A DNA stretch of 64,000 nucleotides, from positions 135,408,001-135,472,000 of the forward strand of contig NC_042998.1 in the NCBI RefSeq assembly GCF_006345805.1, in the 5' to 3' direction. The stretch comes from Octopus sinensis (taxonomy: Eukaryota). The number at the start of each line of letters is the position of its first letter. The stretch's first letter is position 1. The notes under the pieces were generated by a model. That model was not told where the DNA came from. It saw only the letters and a program-made list of their open reading frames with translations, and did no database searches. Positions 26,041 through 39,349 of the stretch are shown piece after piece. A program made the position numbers and the translations under genes.

Positions 26041-29000
26041 CATCATCATCATTATTAATGTTGTTGTTGTTTTATTTATTATTCTGAGACAGAAGGAATA
26101 TAACCTATAAACTTCCTAGATTCTCTTAGACTGGAAGATGGTAATGATTGAATGAGGTAATATTATTAATGATCTTATTGAAGAGACAGATGGAATTGCC
26201 ATATCAATAGATGGACATAAAATGACAGCTAGTCAAAAGTTGTAAGATGTTGATAAATGAAATTTTGCCTAACAGGCACATGGCCTATTGATACAAAAAT
26301 AATATTTAGGTACAGAAAATGTTATACTGCATACTTACTACATTGATTTTGTAAACAGCGAGTTCCTGGACTTAAGTTGCAAAGCTCACATGCCTCATAA
26401 GTTGATGGAAAGAATGGGTGTTCTGGATAATTTCCACTGAGAAAGATAAACTGACATCAAACTAAGAAATCGAATTGAATATCAATTATAGTTAGCTTGC
26501 TCCTTTTTTTTTTTTATGTCTCTATTTTATGTAATCTTCCAGTTACATAAAATAAGGAATAAGGAAAAAATAAATTGAATAGGCAATTAGAATATGTATA
26601 AAATATTTAGAAAATTATGCAGAACACTTATTGAAAGGAGAGAAAATTGTTATTTTCCTTACGGTGGGGAATAATCACATACATATATCCACCATTGTTT
26701 TTTTGTGGTACCATCAGAAAATTGAAGACTATCACAGAACTGTTGACCACAACCAACTTTATTAGTTTCATACCATATTAACTGCAATAAAGAACTGAGT
26801 ATTAAAAAAAAACCTTTATTTGGAGCATTTGCAAATTAGTGAAGTTTTTCTTAAAAGATTTCAAAAGTTGGATTTAATATTTATGCACTTTCACTGCTAA
26901 ACTTACTTCAGCAAAAAAAAAAAAAATGTTCATTAATGAAGGGCCCTGATCCAAGCATTAGATATCCCCTTCTCTTCATAATGCACATACTTAATGCATA
27001 AATATTATTGTCCATAGCATAAGGAAAAAAAAAAAATAACCTTGTAGAAGTAAGGAATAAGTATAAAACCCATAGATTTTCTTCTTATTCCCTATTTCTT
27101 CTTTTCTTTTTCTGATTTTTTAGTGTCTTATTTTCATTGTATACTTTCATTGGAGCAACCTGGCTGAATTCTCTCTGTCTTGTTTGTGTACAATGTTTTA
27201 GTTTGGTATTTTTAATTGTATTGAGAGTAAACTAAATTATATATGTATATATATATGTGCAGTGTGATGGTGCTATTTTCTGTATGTTGTATATATGTGA
27301 AGCATGGATGGATGCAGGTGTAGCTGTGTGGTTAAGAAGCTTGCTTCCCAGCCACATGGACTAAGATTTGGTTCCACTGCAAGACATCTTGGACAAATAT
27401 CTTTTACTATAGCCCCAAGCAAACCAAAGCCTTGTGAGGTAGAGTTGCCAAATCGAAACTGAAAAAAGCCCATTACATATGAATATATATATATGTGTAT
27501 GTATGAATATATGCATCAGTGTATGTATATTTGTTCCTCCCCATCTTGACATTGCATGAGAGCTGTAAGTGAATGCCACTGTCATACGAGCTGTATCATT
27601 TATTCCCAAAATTCATTGTAAATATGTTTGACCATGGGGAAATAACATCTTTCTTGGAAACAAATGAGGGTTGGTGACAAGAATAATATCCAATCATAGA
27701 AAATCTGACCTGTGCAAAAGTAAATGATGATGATGATGAAGCAATGATGAAACAATGATGATTATCTGTTATCTAGAAATCATCCTTGGCTGATGGAAAT
27801 CATTAGTGTTTCTTTTTACTTGTTTCAGTCATCAGAATGCAGCCATGCTGGAGCACCACCTTAAGGAATTTTGAGTTGAATGTATCGACCCCAGTACTTA
27901 CTTTTTAAAAGACTGGTACTTATTCTATTGGTCTCTTTTGCCAAATTGCTAAGTTATAGGGATGCAAACACACCAGCACTGGTTGTCAAGTGGTGGTGGG
28001 GAGGACACACACACACACAGATATGACAGGCTTATTTTAGCTTCTGTCTACCAAATCCACTCACAAGGTTTTAGTCAGCCCTAGGCTATAGTAGAAGACA
28101 CTTGTGCAAGATGCCACACAGTGGGGCTGAACCCCAAACCATGTGGTTGGGAAGCAAGCTTCTTTTATTCATTCAATTGGCCACAAGGGCCTTACAAAGA
28201 AAGGAAGCTGCAGGCTGGACATAATGAAATGAAATGATTGACGATATGATAATAGTGAGCGCAACAGCAATGCCTGCCGATTGCTGTTTACCCGAGCACA
28301 TTGTTCTTTATAAATACAATTTGAGGCAACAAACCTCTTACATCACAAAACATAAAGGAGGCAATTAACCTCTTACAAAAAAAAAAGCCATTATGAAGCA
28401 GTAACCTCTTACATAAGTCAAAACTGAGTAATACAATAAATCAATACAAATGTGTCACCAAGGCTCTTACTTCAATTCATTATAAATCTTCCAGCCCGAC
28501 TAGACTTCTCGCCCGCCTTGGTCAAAAACCTGGACGATGTCAAGTCAGGCCGCTTCAATGCAAAATTGAAAGTGTCCGCTGGGAAGGAGTTCATTATCCT
28601 GCACAGATCCGTTTCCCATATGACCTCCGCAGCCACCTGCAAAGGCCATGCAGGACAGAGTTCCCTCCCTTCGGCCTTTCCTTTTAAACTTCTTGATGAA
28701 GTTTTCTATTGTCCCTCCCTTATTGAAGAGGACCATAAACTCCTCCTCCACATCATGGGAGGGATCTTCTACCTTCAGTGGCACAATTCTCATGGACGGT
28801 ACTTGGGGACACGCCGGCAGTGTATCACAAACTGCCAGCAATGTCCTGTTTTTCTTTTTCTTTCCACTTTTTTCCTTGAGCCACGGGAGGGTGGTGTTCC
28901 TCTTTGTCCAGCAGATCCTCCCTTCCTCCTGCAGCCTTCGGATCCTTCTGTGGGCAACCATTGTTGCTCACCTTTCGTTTCTTTCCTTTTTTCAAGGAGG

Positions 29001-31571
29001 TTTCCACCTCCTTGACTTCCTCCCTCTCTTCCTCCACTGAAGGAGCAGGGAGTGGTATTTTGATCAACTCCTCCAGGACCTTATTTTGGTCCTTCGGGCA
29101 GTTCTTTTTGATATGTCCCGGCTCCAGGCACAGGTAACACTTGTGGGGTGAGGGTGGGAGGCGTCCCTCAAGCATCACCAGGAAGCAAGCTTCTTACCAC
29201 ATAGTTACTCCTGCATGTTATTGGTGAAATTATTAAAATGCTTGACAAAATACCTTGTGGTATTTGTTCTAGTTCTTTATGTTCTAAGCCCACTTGTAAA
29301 GACACTGGCATCAAACTGTATCAGTCCTTGCTTTTCATTTGGACAACATCAGGGGAGAGGAAAGGGGCTGTTGAATGGGTAACTGCAACTCTTACCTTTA
29401 AAAAAAAGAAAAGAAAAAAGCTTGCACAGCCCTGTGTCCTGGAGAATTTCCAGTTGCAGACACAGCTAACTTTGACCAATGAAGGCCTTAGAGACGTAGT
29501 AGCTTGCATAAGAGAAAAAAGAGACACAGGACAATAGTGACTGGAACTTCTTTGACTACCATTCTGTTGAATTCATTCTAACATGGTGCTAAACAACAAA
29601 AACTACCACCATCACCGCCACCACCACTGTCATTGCCTTACCTGTGTATATGCTTCACAGTTTTTACCTTTCTTACAACTATTTGTTGAATAAATATAGT
29701 TTGAAGACTGAGACTGGAATATTTCCACTATTTCTTCTGGCTTTAATTTTCCTTGTACTGCAACTGAATTCTGACCAACATTTGTCCCGTTCAGACTGAA
29801 ATAAAGAAGGTTTTGATGGCCCATGAAAGGCCAACAGAAAATATTGCATTGTTTTAAACGTTTGAACATTTGTTTGTTATTTAGACAAACTGGTTGCTAC
29901 TTTAGATAAAGGTTTGAATGAGTTCACAGATTCAGTATGCACACCTGCACACACACACACACACACACATGCAGATGTGTTTTTGTGTGTGTGTCTGTGT
30001 GTGTATGTGTGTATGTTTGTGCATGTGTATAGATGTGTATACAAACCTGTCGGTGTAAACTGATAAAAGAATTGACTCAAGTGTATGTGTGCATCTGTAT
30101 GTTGGAGTGTATGTGCATCTGTGTATGCGTGCACATGTACACACAAGTATGTGTGCGTATGACTTTCCCCTTCAAATTTCTAGAATAATGAGGGTGTGTG
30201 ATTATATCAATATGAGATGAAAATAAAAAGCCACATTCCAACAGAAATACTGTGGAATTTATGTATGACTCAGTTATCTTCCTATATCTGTTTACACCAA
30301 TGTCCTCTATGCATTTTGCATTTTTTGAGAATAGTGAAACAAGACACAGTATTATTATTGATTTACTCAACTAAAACTCTTGAAGATGATGCTCCAGCTG
30401 GCCACAATCCAATTATTGAAACCATTTAAAACATAAAAGAATGAAGATATAAGAAAAAATTAATGTATATGTATACATAAACACTTACAAGAAGAGGTTG
30501 CCTGGTCCAAAAACACACCGGTCAGCCTGGCCTTGGGCTAAAGAAGCAAGGGATTCATCCCATTCCTACAAAATGATATTAGGAAATATAATAAGGACCA
30601 AGAAAGAACTTTAAAATGGCAATTGATTAAAATTAAATGCAGATATACAACAGGGTGTGCATCAGATCTTTATTAAGTATGATGACAGTCTCACACACCC
30701 ATGCAGGCTTCCATTTAATTTTCCATCAATTTGTATTTTAAAGTTCCCTCCCTTATCTTCTTTGGCAATAATTGTTGTTACTACTGGTAAGTTTTTTTCT
30801 GATTATGTATGTAATGCTGATTAAAATTCTCTTCGGGTCAATACATCAAGCATATTTAGTCCACGATTATATGTTCTTTAAGCAGAAGGTATGGTGAGAT
30901 ACTTCCAATATCTCATCTACTAAATGCCCAGATCTGTTTTCAATATATTTGGATCTGTTCTTCTGTTAAGTTTGGATGTGTTGCCCCCCCCCCAATCTAC
31001 TTATTTATGTTCAACAAGGAAATTAATTTATCCCATTAGGGAATATACGTGTTCAAATTAATTGTCTTATATACATAGACTCATATGGCCAGTTTCCTCC
31101 TAGACAGGATGCTGGTCTGTCAAGAAGGGGATATATGCACCAGAGAATATGGGAAATCAGTGCTATGAGTTTATAGGACTTGAGAAGGATCTTCATCCTT
31201 TTAGTCGATCTATATACAGATAAATTCTGAACATGTATGTAAGTGTATGTCTCCTTCCTCATGTATGATACTTTTCCCCTCAGATCAATCTCACCAACCA
31301 TTGTTAATTCCCCTTCTAACAAACCAAAGGGACACAATTCTTATCACCTTTTCTTCCAAACTTTATTTTTTTAAAAATTTCTTTCTCTTTTATCCATTTT
31401 TCATTTTTTCTCTCATTATTTGTTGCTTTCACGCAGGGAGTAGCTATGTTTACTTTGAGTTTGAACGATTGCAGGATGTTAAATATGCTGTACAAGCTCA
31501 TCCGACCATTGTTCCATCAGATTATGAAACTTATACTTAACATTTAAATCTCGTATATATTAGATCATATA

Positions 31572-31640
<69 letters not shown>

Positions 31641-32025
31641 TGTGTATGTGTGTGTACAGCAGCCATGTTGGGGCATTGCCTGTGTTATTGCTACTCTTAG
31701 TGCAACATTCCGTCTGCATTTGACTTTTGGTGAATGTGTTTGATATCAATACCATCAAGCATGAATCTTCGTATCAATATGTTCACTTGTCTTAGATTTC
31801 CGATTCTAGGATATGTATGTATGGATGTATGTATGCACGCACAGATGTACGTAGGCATGCAATGTATGCAACCGTGCATACATGCACGTATGTATGTACG
31901 CCTGCATGTATATGTACACGTGTGTATGTATATATATATATATACATACGTATATATGTATACATATACATATATATATACACACACACACACACATACA
32001 TACAATGTGTATATGTGTATATAGG

Positions 32026-32093
<68 letters not shown>

Positions 32094-32724
32094 TATATAT
32101 GGATCTAGTTAGTTTGGCTGCCAGCATTTCAAAAATTAAAGTTTATCAAAAATGTTAAAATTTGGCGTATTAATATGCTTTTCCAAGCTGATTTGCTGGA
32201 GTTATTTCACTTTTTCCACAAGAATGTTTTTAAAAAGTTGTAGAGGTTTAAAGCTTGATTATTTTCACCCAGTCAGAAAACAAGATTTAGAAGATGCCAT
32301 TTTGTGCGTGACTGCACGTGTTGTCAACATCCTAAAAATGGTACGTATTTTTATATGAAACTGTAAACAAATCAAATTTTACTGAACGCACGTCACAAAA
32401 CCCCTCATAACTTTTAAAGAATTTAGAATTTTCAGAACATTTTTGCGAATTTGTACTCTACACATGGGAATCCATACGCAAATAAAAAGTTTTAAATGGG
32501 TGAGGACGTGATTTAAGGCCTATTTAGCTGTTATTTTTAGCCCATCTCCCGATTGGCTAAAATTACCCAAAATTTCCAAACTTTAATTACTACTTACTCT
32601 ATGTTTATTGATTTATAGCGGAAATGATTTCCATGTCATTCATTAACCTATAAAAGTGTATCATTACACTGAATATGACATCAATTCGAACAGAAAATGA
32701 GGCTGGCAGCTAAACCAATTAGGT

Positions 32725-32800
<76 letters not shown>

Positions 32801-32952
32801 GGTCTATCTAGAAATGCTCTAATATCTACACAGCCTTGGTTTTTTAAATCTTATTACGCCAAAAACTCTTATATATATATATTACAGCACACACAAACAT
32901 ATATATACACAGACATACACACATGCACGTATACATATGGATATATGTATAC

Positions 32953-32993
<41 letters not shown>

Positions 32994-33458
32994 GAAAGAG
33001 AGGGAGTGAGAGTGTGTGATGTCTGGTTTTACAAACAAAGCAGAAGTGAGGGCCACCTGTATCCTTATAATGACGATATTACCGTAGATAAAAATGAAAC
33101 ATTATTCCAGTTAGTGAAAAACGTTGATTAATCCCTAGGGTAATGAACAACACTTAATCTTATCTTGCCCATATATACTTTAGCTTATATAATTGGGTTT
33201 CACCCTCTTAGGACATCTGTTGCTCCATATTTTAAGTTTGTGTGTTGGATAAAGAGTGAATAAGAGTGAACATTTATAAACATACTTTTTGCTTTCAGAC
33301 TCGTTGTGAAGTCCGTTTTGTGTTTAAATCATTGTGTTCTATCAACAGAACGAAACTGAACCGTTGATATTGTTAGTTCTTGAGTGGTTTTTATCAAAGT
33401 ATTTGCTTTTTAGTTCAACTGATTATTGCCGACTTATCAAGGGTATCTAGAAAAGTAA

Positions 33459-33531
<73 letters not shown>

Positions 33532-35342
33532 GCTTATGTTTTTTTGGGTTACTTTAACCTCCCTAATACTAAATGGTCCACGTTTTCTCGGGAAAGTTGT
33601 TGCTTGAACAAAGGACAAGTAGAATGTTAACTTTCTAATGTACTGGGATCAATTCGGTTTGGCTGCCACCATCAATTCTGTTCGAAGTGATTTCATATTC
33701 AGTGTAATGATACACTTTTATATGATAATTAATGACGTGGAAGTAATTTTCGCTTTAAATCAATAAACAAAGAGTTTTTGGCAATTAAAGTTCGAAAATG
33801 TTTGTAATTTTACCCAATCGTAAGCCACAGACACATTCATGCCTGTTTCGATTGTAAGAAGTGAAACATGAGAACTCTTTTGCCTGCGAGAAAGCACGTG
33901 CCTGTTGCCATAGTATCAAGCGAAACCGAGCAGTCTTTGAAAAGCCTTTTATCTGCGAGGAAGAACGTGTTGACAATTTTGACGCAGTGTTCTGTGTGAT
34001 TATGGCAACAAGCTCCAGTAACTTCGCTTCTATTATGGAAACATTGAAAACAGAGAAGGACATTTTAAAAATTAAAACCGAAAGTTAGAAATACCTTCAG
34101 TCAAAAATATTTTGTAATGTGTTGCTTATTGCATGCTTAAATATTTGTTTTTAAGCATATTTTCACTTTTATTTTCAAATATAATATATAAACATGTACA
34201 TCTTTTGGAAGAATGTCATTTATAAGATTTTGCTGGCAAATTTTTTAATTAACATAGACATTTATTTATATGAAAGAAAATTACTGGAGAACTTTCGTCT
34301 AATTCTTCCAAATCTTTCTCCTAAAAATTGTAATGTGTTTATCGCATGTAATATACTGTTTATCGCAATTGTATTAAATGAATATTGAATGAATAAATGC
34401 TTGTTTGCTCGTTTCTTATTGTCATCGAGCATTGAGGTGGTTGCCTTGTGTGTTGAAAATAACAGCCAAATAAGACTTTTTGGACAACTCTTTTAAATTA
34501 ACATTAACATTTATTTACAAGTATATTATTGTACCAAATTAAAAAATTTTTGATAAACCTTAATTTTTGAAATGCTGGCAGCCAAACCGATAAGGTTCGT
34601 GTACTGTTCTTAGAACAAGTTATACTTCACCAAACTAGGGACAAAAACATTTTAAATTCCTTCTTCACAAATAACATGGAACTCATCTGTAATGTGAAGA
34701 TGACACCTTGTAGAAGTTACAATCCATAGGAAACTGTAAATATGGTCCCTACTAGAAGTACACATTACATACATACATGGTGGCTGCCCCCGCGTTATCG
34801 AGTATGACCATTGCACGAAGCTTAATCAATGTTGTTATAGTGCAATGCCTGTGCTAGAATTATTTTTAAAGTGAGGAAAAGCTGTGCACTGAGTCAATCT
34901 CACTCACTAAGCAACAGCAGCCTTAATCCGAAAAGAAGTCAACATCATCGACAACCACTGAGCCGCAGGTTTTATGTCGGAGTTATCCCAGTTACCTGAG
35001 TTACCTTCTCCTAGAAGGATGCCCTAACAAAGGCTAGGAGTCCTTCACTCCCAATGGTTTAACCGCGCGATCGGGTATTCAGTCCGATTATTTCTATGTC
35101 CCCGCGCATGATACAGCCTTAAGACATTTATTGGATGGCCGTTGACTCTCAAGAGTCGCTCCGCCCTTTGACGGGTTTTGTTTTTCATTCCGCAGGGTGT
35201 CCAATAAACACCCTCCTCACCAAGCAAGCTTGGTGGGGTTGCCGGTGTAGTCGCCGACGACCCAACCATGCAACAGGTTGCACTGGGTTACATGTTACCA
35301 GTAGTACTCGAAAGTGACCTGACATATATATACATACATACA

Positions 35343-35374
<32 letters not shown>

Positions 35375-35671
35375 ACAAAGCACGAAGTTGAATACTTTTG
35401 GGTGTCATTCTTTCCCCCTACTATCTATACTACTCTTGATTACCATATATGTGGAGGCGCAATGGCCTAGTGGTTAGGGCAGCGGACTTGCGGTCGGAGG
35501 ATCGCGGTTTCGATTCCCAGACCGGGCGTTGTGTGTGTTTATTGAGCGAAAACACCTAAAAGCTCCACGAGGCTCCGGCAGGAGGTGGTGATCCCTGCTG
35601 TACTCTTTCACCACTCTAAAAGGCGGTGCTCCAGCATGGCCGCAGTCAAATGACTGAAACAAGTACAGAAA

Positions 35672-35710
<39 letters not shown>

Positions 35711-35918
35711 CTCTTTTACTTTTTTTAGTAATTTGACTGCAGCCATGCTGGAGCGCCGCCTTTAGTCGAACAATTCGACCCCAGGATTAATTCGTTGTAA
35801 GCCTAGTACTTATTCTACCAGTTTCTTTTGCCGAACCGTTAAGTTACTGGGACGTAAACACACTGACATTGGTTGTCAAGCGACAGTGGAGGGGGACAAA
35901 TACAGACACAAAGACACA

Positions 35919-35978
<60 letters not shown>

Positions 35979-36403
35979 CACATGTGTACGACGGGCTTCT
36001 TTCAGTTTTCGTCTACCAAATCCACTCACAAGGCTTTGGTCGGCCCGAGGCTATTGTAGAAGACACTTGCCCAAGATGCCACGCAGTGGGACTGAACCCA
36101 GAACGACGTGGTTCTCACCACACAGCCACGCATGCGCCTATATGTTTGTATGTATGTATGTATGTACTTACGTATGTATGTATGTATATATGTATGTACT
36201 TACGTATGTATGTATGCACATATGAATACGTTTCATCAGAATGTAAATTTTGTATGATTTGAGTCTGTGTCTGAAGTGTTTCTAATAGGAATTTTCCTAC
36301 ATGTTTATCCACCATGTTCAACTTTGTGATTCCTATTAGCAAATGAAACATGTGTAATATTGAATAAATAATACAAAATAATAATAACAACAACAACAAC
36401 AAC

Positions 36404-36462
<59 letters not shown>

Positions 36463-36619
36463 TGATGATAATAATATTTTCTAGCTCCTTATTTTTCTTA
36501 ACTCTGCAAAGATTGTTTCTAGAATTTTCATCTCTAATATGTACCTCACATCAATACAACTACATACTGAAATAAGTAGATGCCCTGGAAGTGGACACAG
36601 CTTGGATTTTACCTTATCA

Positions 36620-36653
<34 letters not shown>

Positions 36654-39349
36654 GTGTATATAATTATGTTGGTAGGGTTAAATACAAGCTGTGTTCACTT
36701 CAAGCGCATCTACTTATTTCAGTATGTAGTTGTTGTATTGATGTGAGGTACATATTAGAGGTGAAAATTCTAGAAACATATATATAAAGGTAGTTATGGG
36801 TGTTTCATAGGGTTACCAAGGTTTTTGCGTCCATAAAGCCCTTTGCTTTACATACGTCTCGTCAGACACCGGTCATTAGGGTCTGACGAGACGTGTGAAG
36901 CCAAGCTCTTTATAGACGTGGAACTCAGGGTAATCCTATGAACCAGCCATAATTATCTGTATCTAAATACTCTAACGCTCTACAACTTAGAATGTGCTTT
37001 TCTTTCGGATTTATGATCTACTGACAATATATATACGTATAGATTCTGTAGGGTATATAATATCACTTGCTAAAATCAGAGTCAATGGTCCAAAAACCAC
37101 CATAAACTCATGATAAAGATACACCGGCCATCAGGAGGTGTGAGACGTGAATATGGATTTATTTTTTTCCCTATGATTCCCGTATGATTCCAGCCATTTC
37201 ATAACCTTCATTAAGTAATTTTATTAATTTCCGTATGTAAAGTCTTACGTACATGCTTACATCGATATGTATAGTCAGTGTTTTCAATTGTATGTTCACC
37301 AATTATTACAACTAAAGAAAGTTAATTCATCATATCACCGGAATATCCCTAGTACATCTATAATTCAATACATTATATACATAGGTATGTGTGGTGGGGT
37401 GTGAGGGTGGAGTGGGGAACGTGTGGGTATACACACACACAGGAGGGTATGCACCCGTAAAAATTCTCTCTTGCTTTTGCTTTCGCTAAAAGTATTGATC
37501 CAACTAGTTTAGCGGAGTAAGGTGGGAGACAAAGGTTATAACAACCGCTCCTCTCCATGCTGATTAGTACTACAGCCAAGATTGGGACATCGCAGCATTT
37601 CAGAGTTTCTAGATTAATTTATTATCAATCTCTTAAGCGACAAATACACATATACAAAACACATACACATGTATGTATGTATGTATGTATGTATGTATGT
37701 ATGTATGTATGTATGTATGTATGTATGTATGTATGTATGTATGTGTGTGTATGTATGTGTGTATGTATGTATGTATGTGTGTGTGTGTGTGTGCATGTGT
37801 GTATGTCTGTATGTATGTATGTATGTAGTATGTATGTATGTATGTATGTATGTATGTATGTATGTATGTATGTCTTTCTTTTCTTTTGTTGTTTCAGTCA
37901 TTAGACTGCAGCCATGCTGGGGCACTGATTTGAAGAATTTTTAGACGAATGAATGGGCCCCAGTACTTTTTAAAACATGGAACTTATTCTATCGATCTCT
38001 TTAGCCGAACCGCTACGTTAGGGGGCTGTAAGCACACTAACACTGGTTGCCAAGCGGTGATGATACAAACACACACACACGACGGACTTCGTTCAGTTTC
38101 CGTCTATCAAATTCACTCACAAGGCTTTGGTCAACCCGAGTCTATAATTGGAGATACTTGCTCAAGATGGTACACTATGGTTTTGAACCTGAAAGTATGT
38201 ATCTGGGACTATGGACGCAAGCTAGATAAATAAATAAATAAATAAATAAATGAAATTAATTTTTAAATAATTTGTATTCTGAGAGAATTATTCAAAGTTA
38301 TAAAAATATAAATTGTAAAATATTAATGTGCTTGTGAGCTGCAAGGAAATGTGGGTCCTAGTTGTTTCTTTGTAGTACTAATCATTGGTAACAGATATTC
38401 TACTGAATGAGATTTAACTCTGGTCTTACCATTAATAATAGATTGGCACCGTTGATAGCTTCTCGATATTTCTGGTGAGTCGCCAAAATACGTCCTTTCT
38501 CGAAAGGTCGAAATTTCGACCTTGACAATTGTCCAAATACTCCACGTCTTCGAAGTGCTTCTTGTAAAGAACCATCCTCAGGGAGTCGTATCATCTGGTC
38601 TCTTTTGTCCAACAACCGACTGTAAAATTAGTTAAGATATAAGATATAATGATTGATTCTTCAAACAAACATTTGAGGATGAGTGTTAATATATTTTGCC
38701 ATCACTTATCATTCACCATTCGGTTTCTCTCGTTTATCTGTGCAGTTAACAAGGTAGCTTTGCAACCACCTGATTTTAGGTTCAGTCCCAAAGCGCAGCA
38801 CTTTGGGTAATAGTCCTCTACTATAGCCCAGGCTAATTAATGTCTGGTGAGCAAATTTGGCAGGTGGAAACTTAGAAGCTTAAAGAAGCTCGTCACGTAT
38901 GTGTGTGTATATATATATATATAATATATATATATATATATTCGGTTTAAGTAATTGAGATTCAAGTGAATTCTAATGAATTCACATGAATATGGTCCTT
39001 AACTAAGATCACCGGAAATCTATATGGTGTTAACCATACGACAAATGGGGTGATTACAAATAGGAAAAAAGCAACAAGAATGGATTAAAATCTCGGTACA
39101 ATTGTTTCGTACGAGGACATCTTTAATAAGCTACAAAAAATGCAGTAAATACAGATGGCTCGTACTTATCAGCCGAAAAAACATCAGAGAATTTTGTATC
39201 TACCCCTTTTGATGTTTGGGAATTCTCTGATGGTTTTTCGGCTGACGAGTACGAGCCATCTGTATTTACTGCATTTTTTGTAGCTTATTAAAGATGTCCT
39301 CGTACGAAACAATTGTACCGAGATTTTAATCCATTCTTGTTGCTTTTTT

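Noticed and set aside
26100-26290. Alternative short-intron terminal exons right after CRISP-like exon 6
   Set aside because: Implied introns are only ~54-110 nt with weak acceptors; the downstream 33-bp and ShKT exons fit phase and domain logic much better.
28452-29040. Plus-strand ORFs of 187 and 130 aa
   Set aside because: They are antisense shadows of the minus-strand gag-like ORF and have no recognisable motif.
31053-31200. Minus-strand ORF resembling a signal peptide ([20 protein letters not shown]...)
   Set aside because: The DNA is a decayed SINE tail similar to 22420-22495, has no donor site, and the real signal-peptide exon is at 56792-56874.
35452-35530. tRNA-like sequence with A and B boxes (also 6293, 53515 and SINE A/B heads)
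   Set aside because: It continues into SINE body sequence and has no clean acceptor stem or cloverleaf; these are SINE heads, not tRNA genes.
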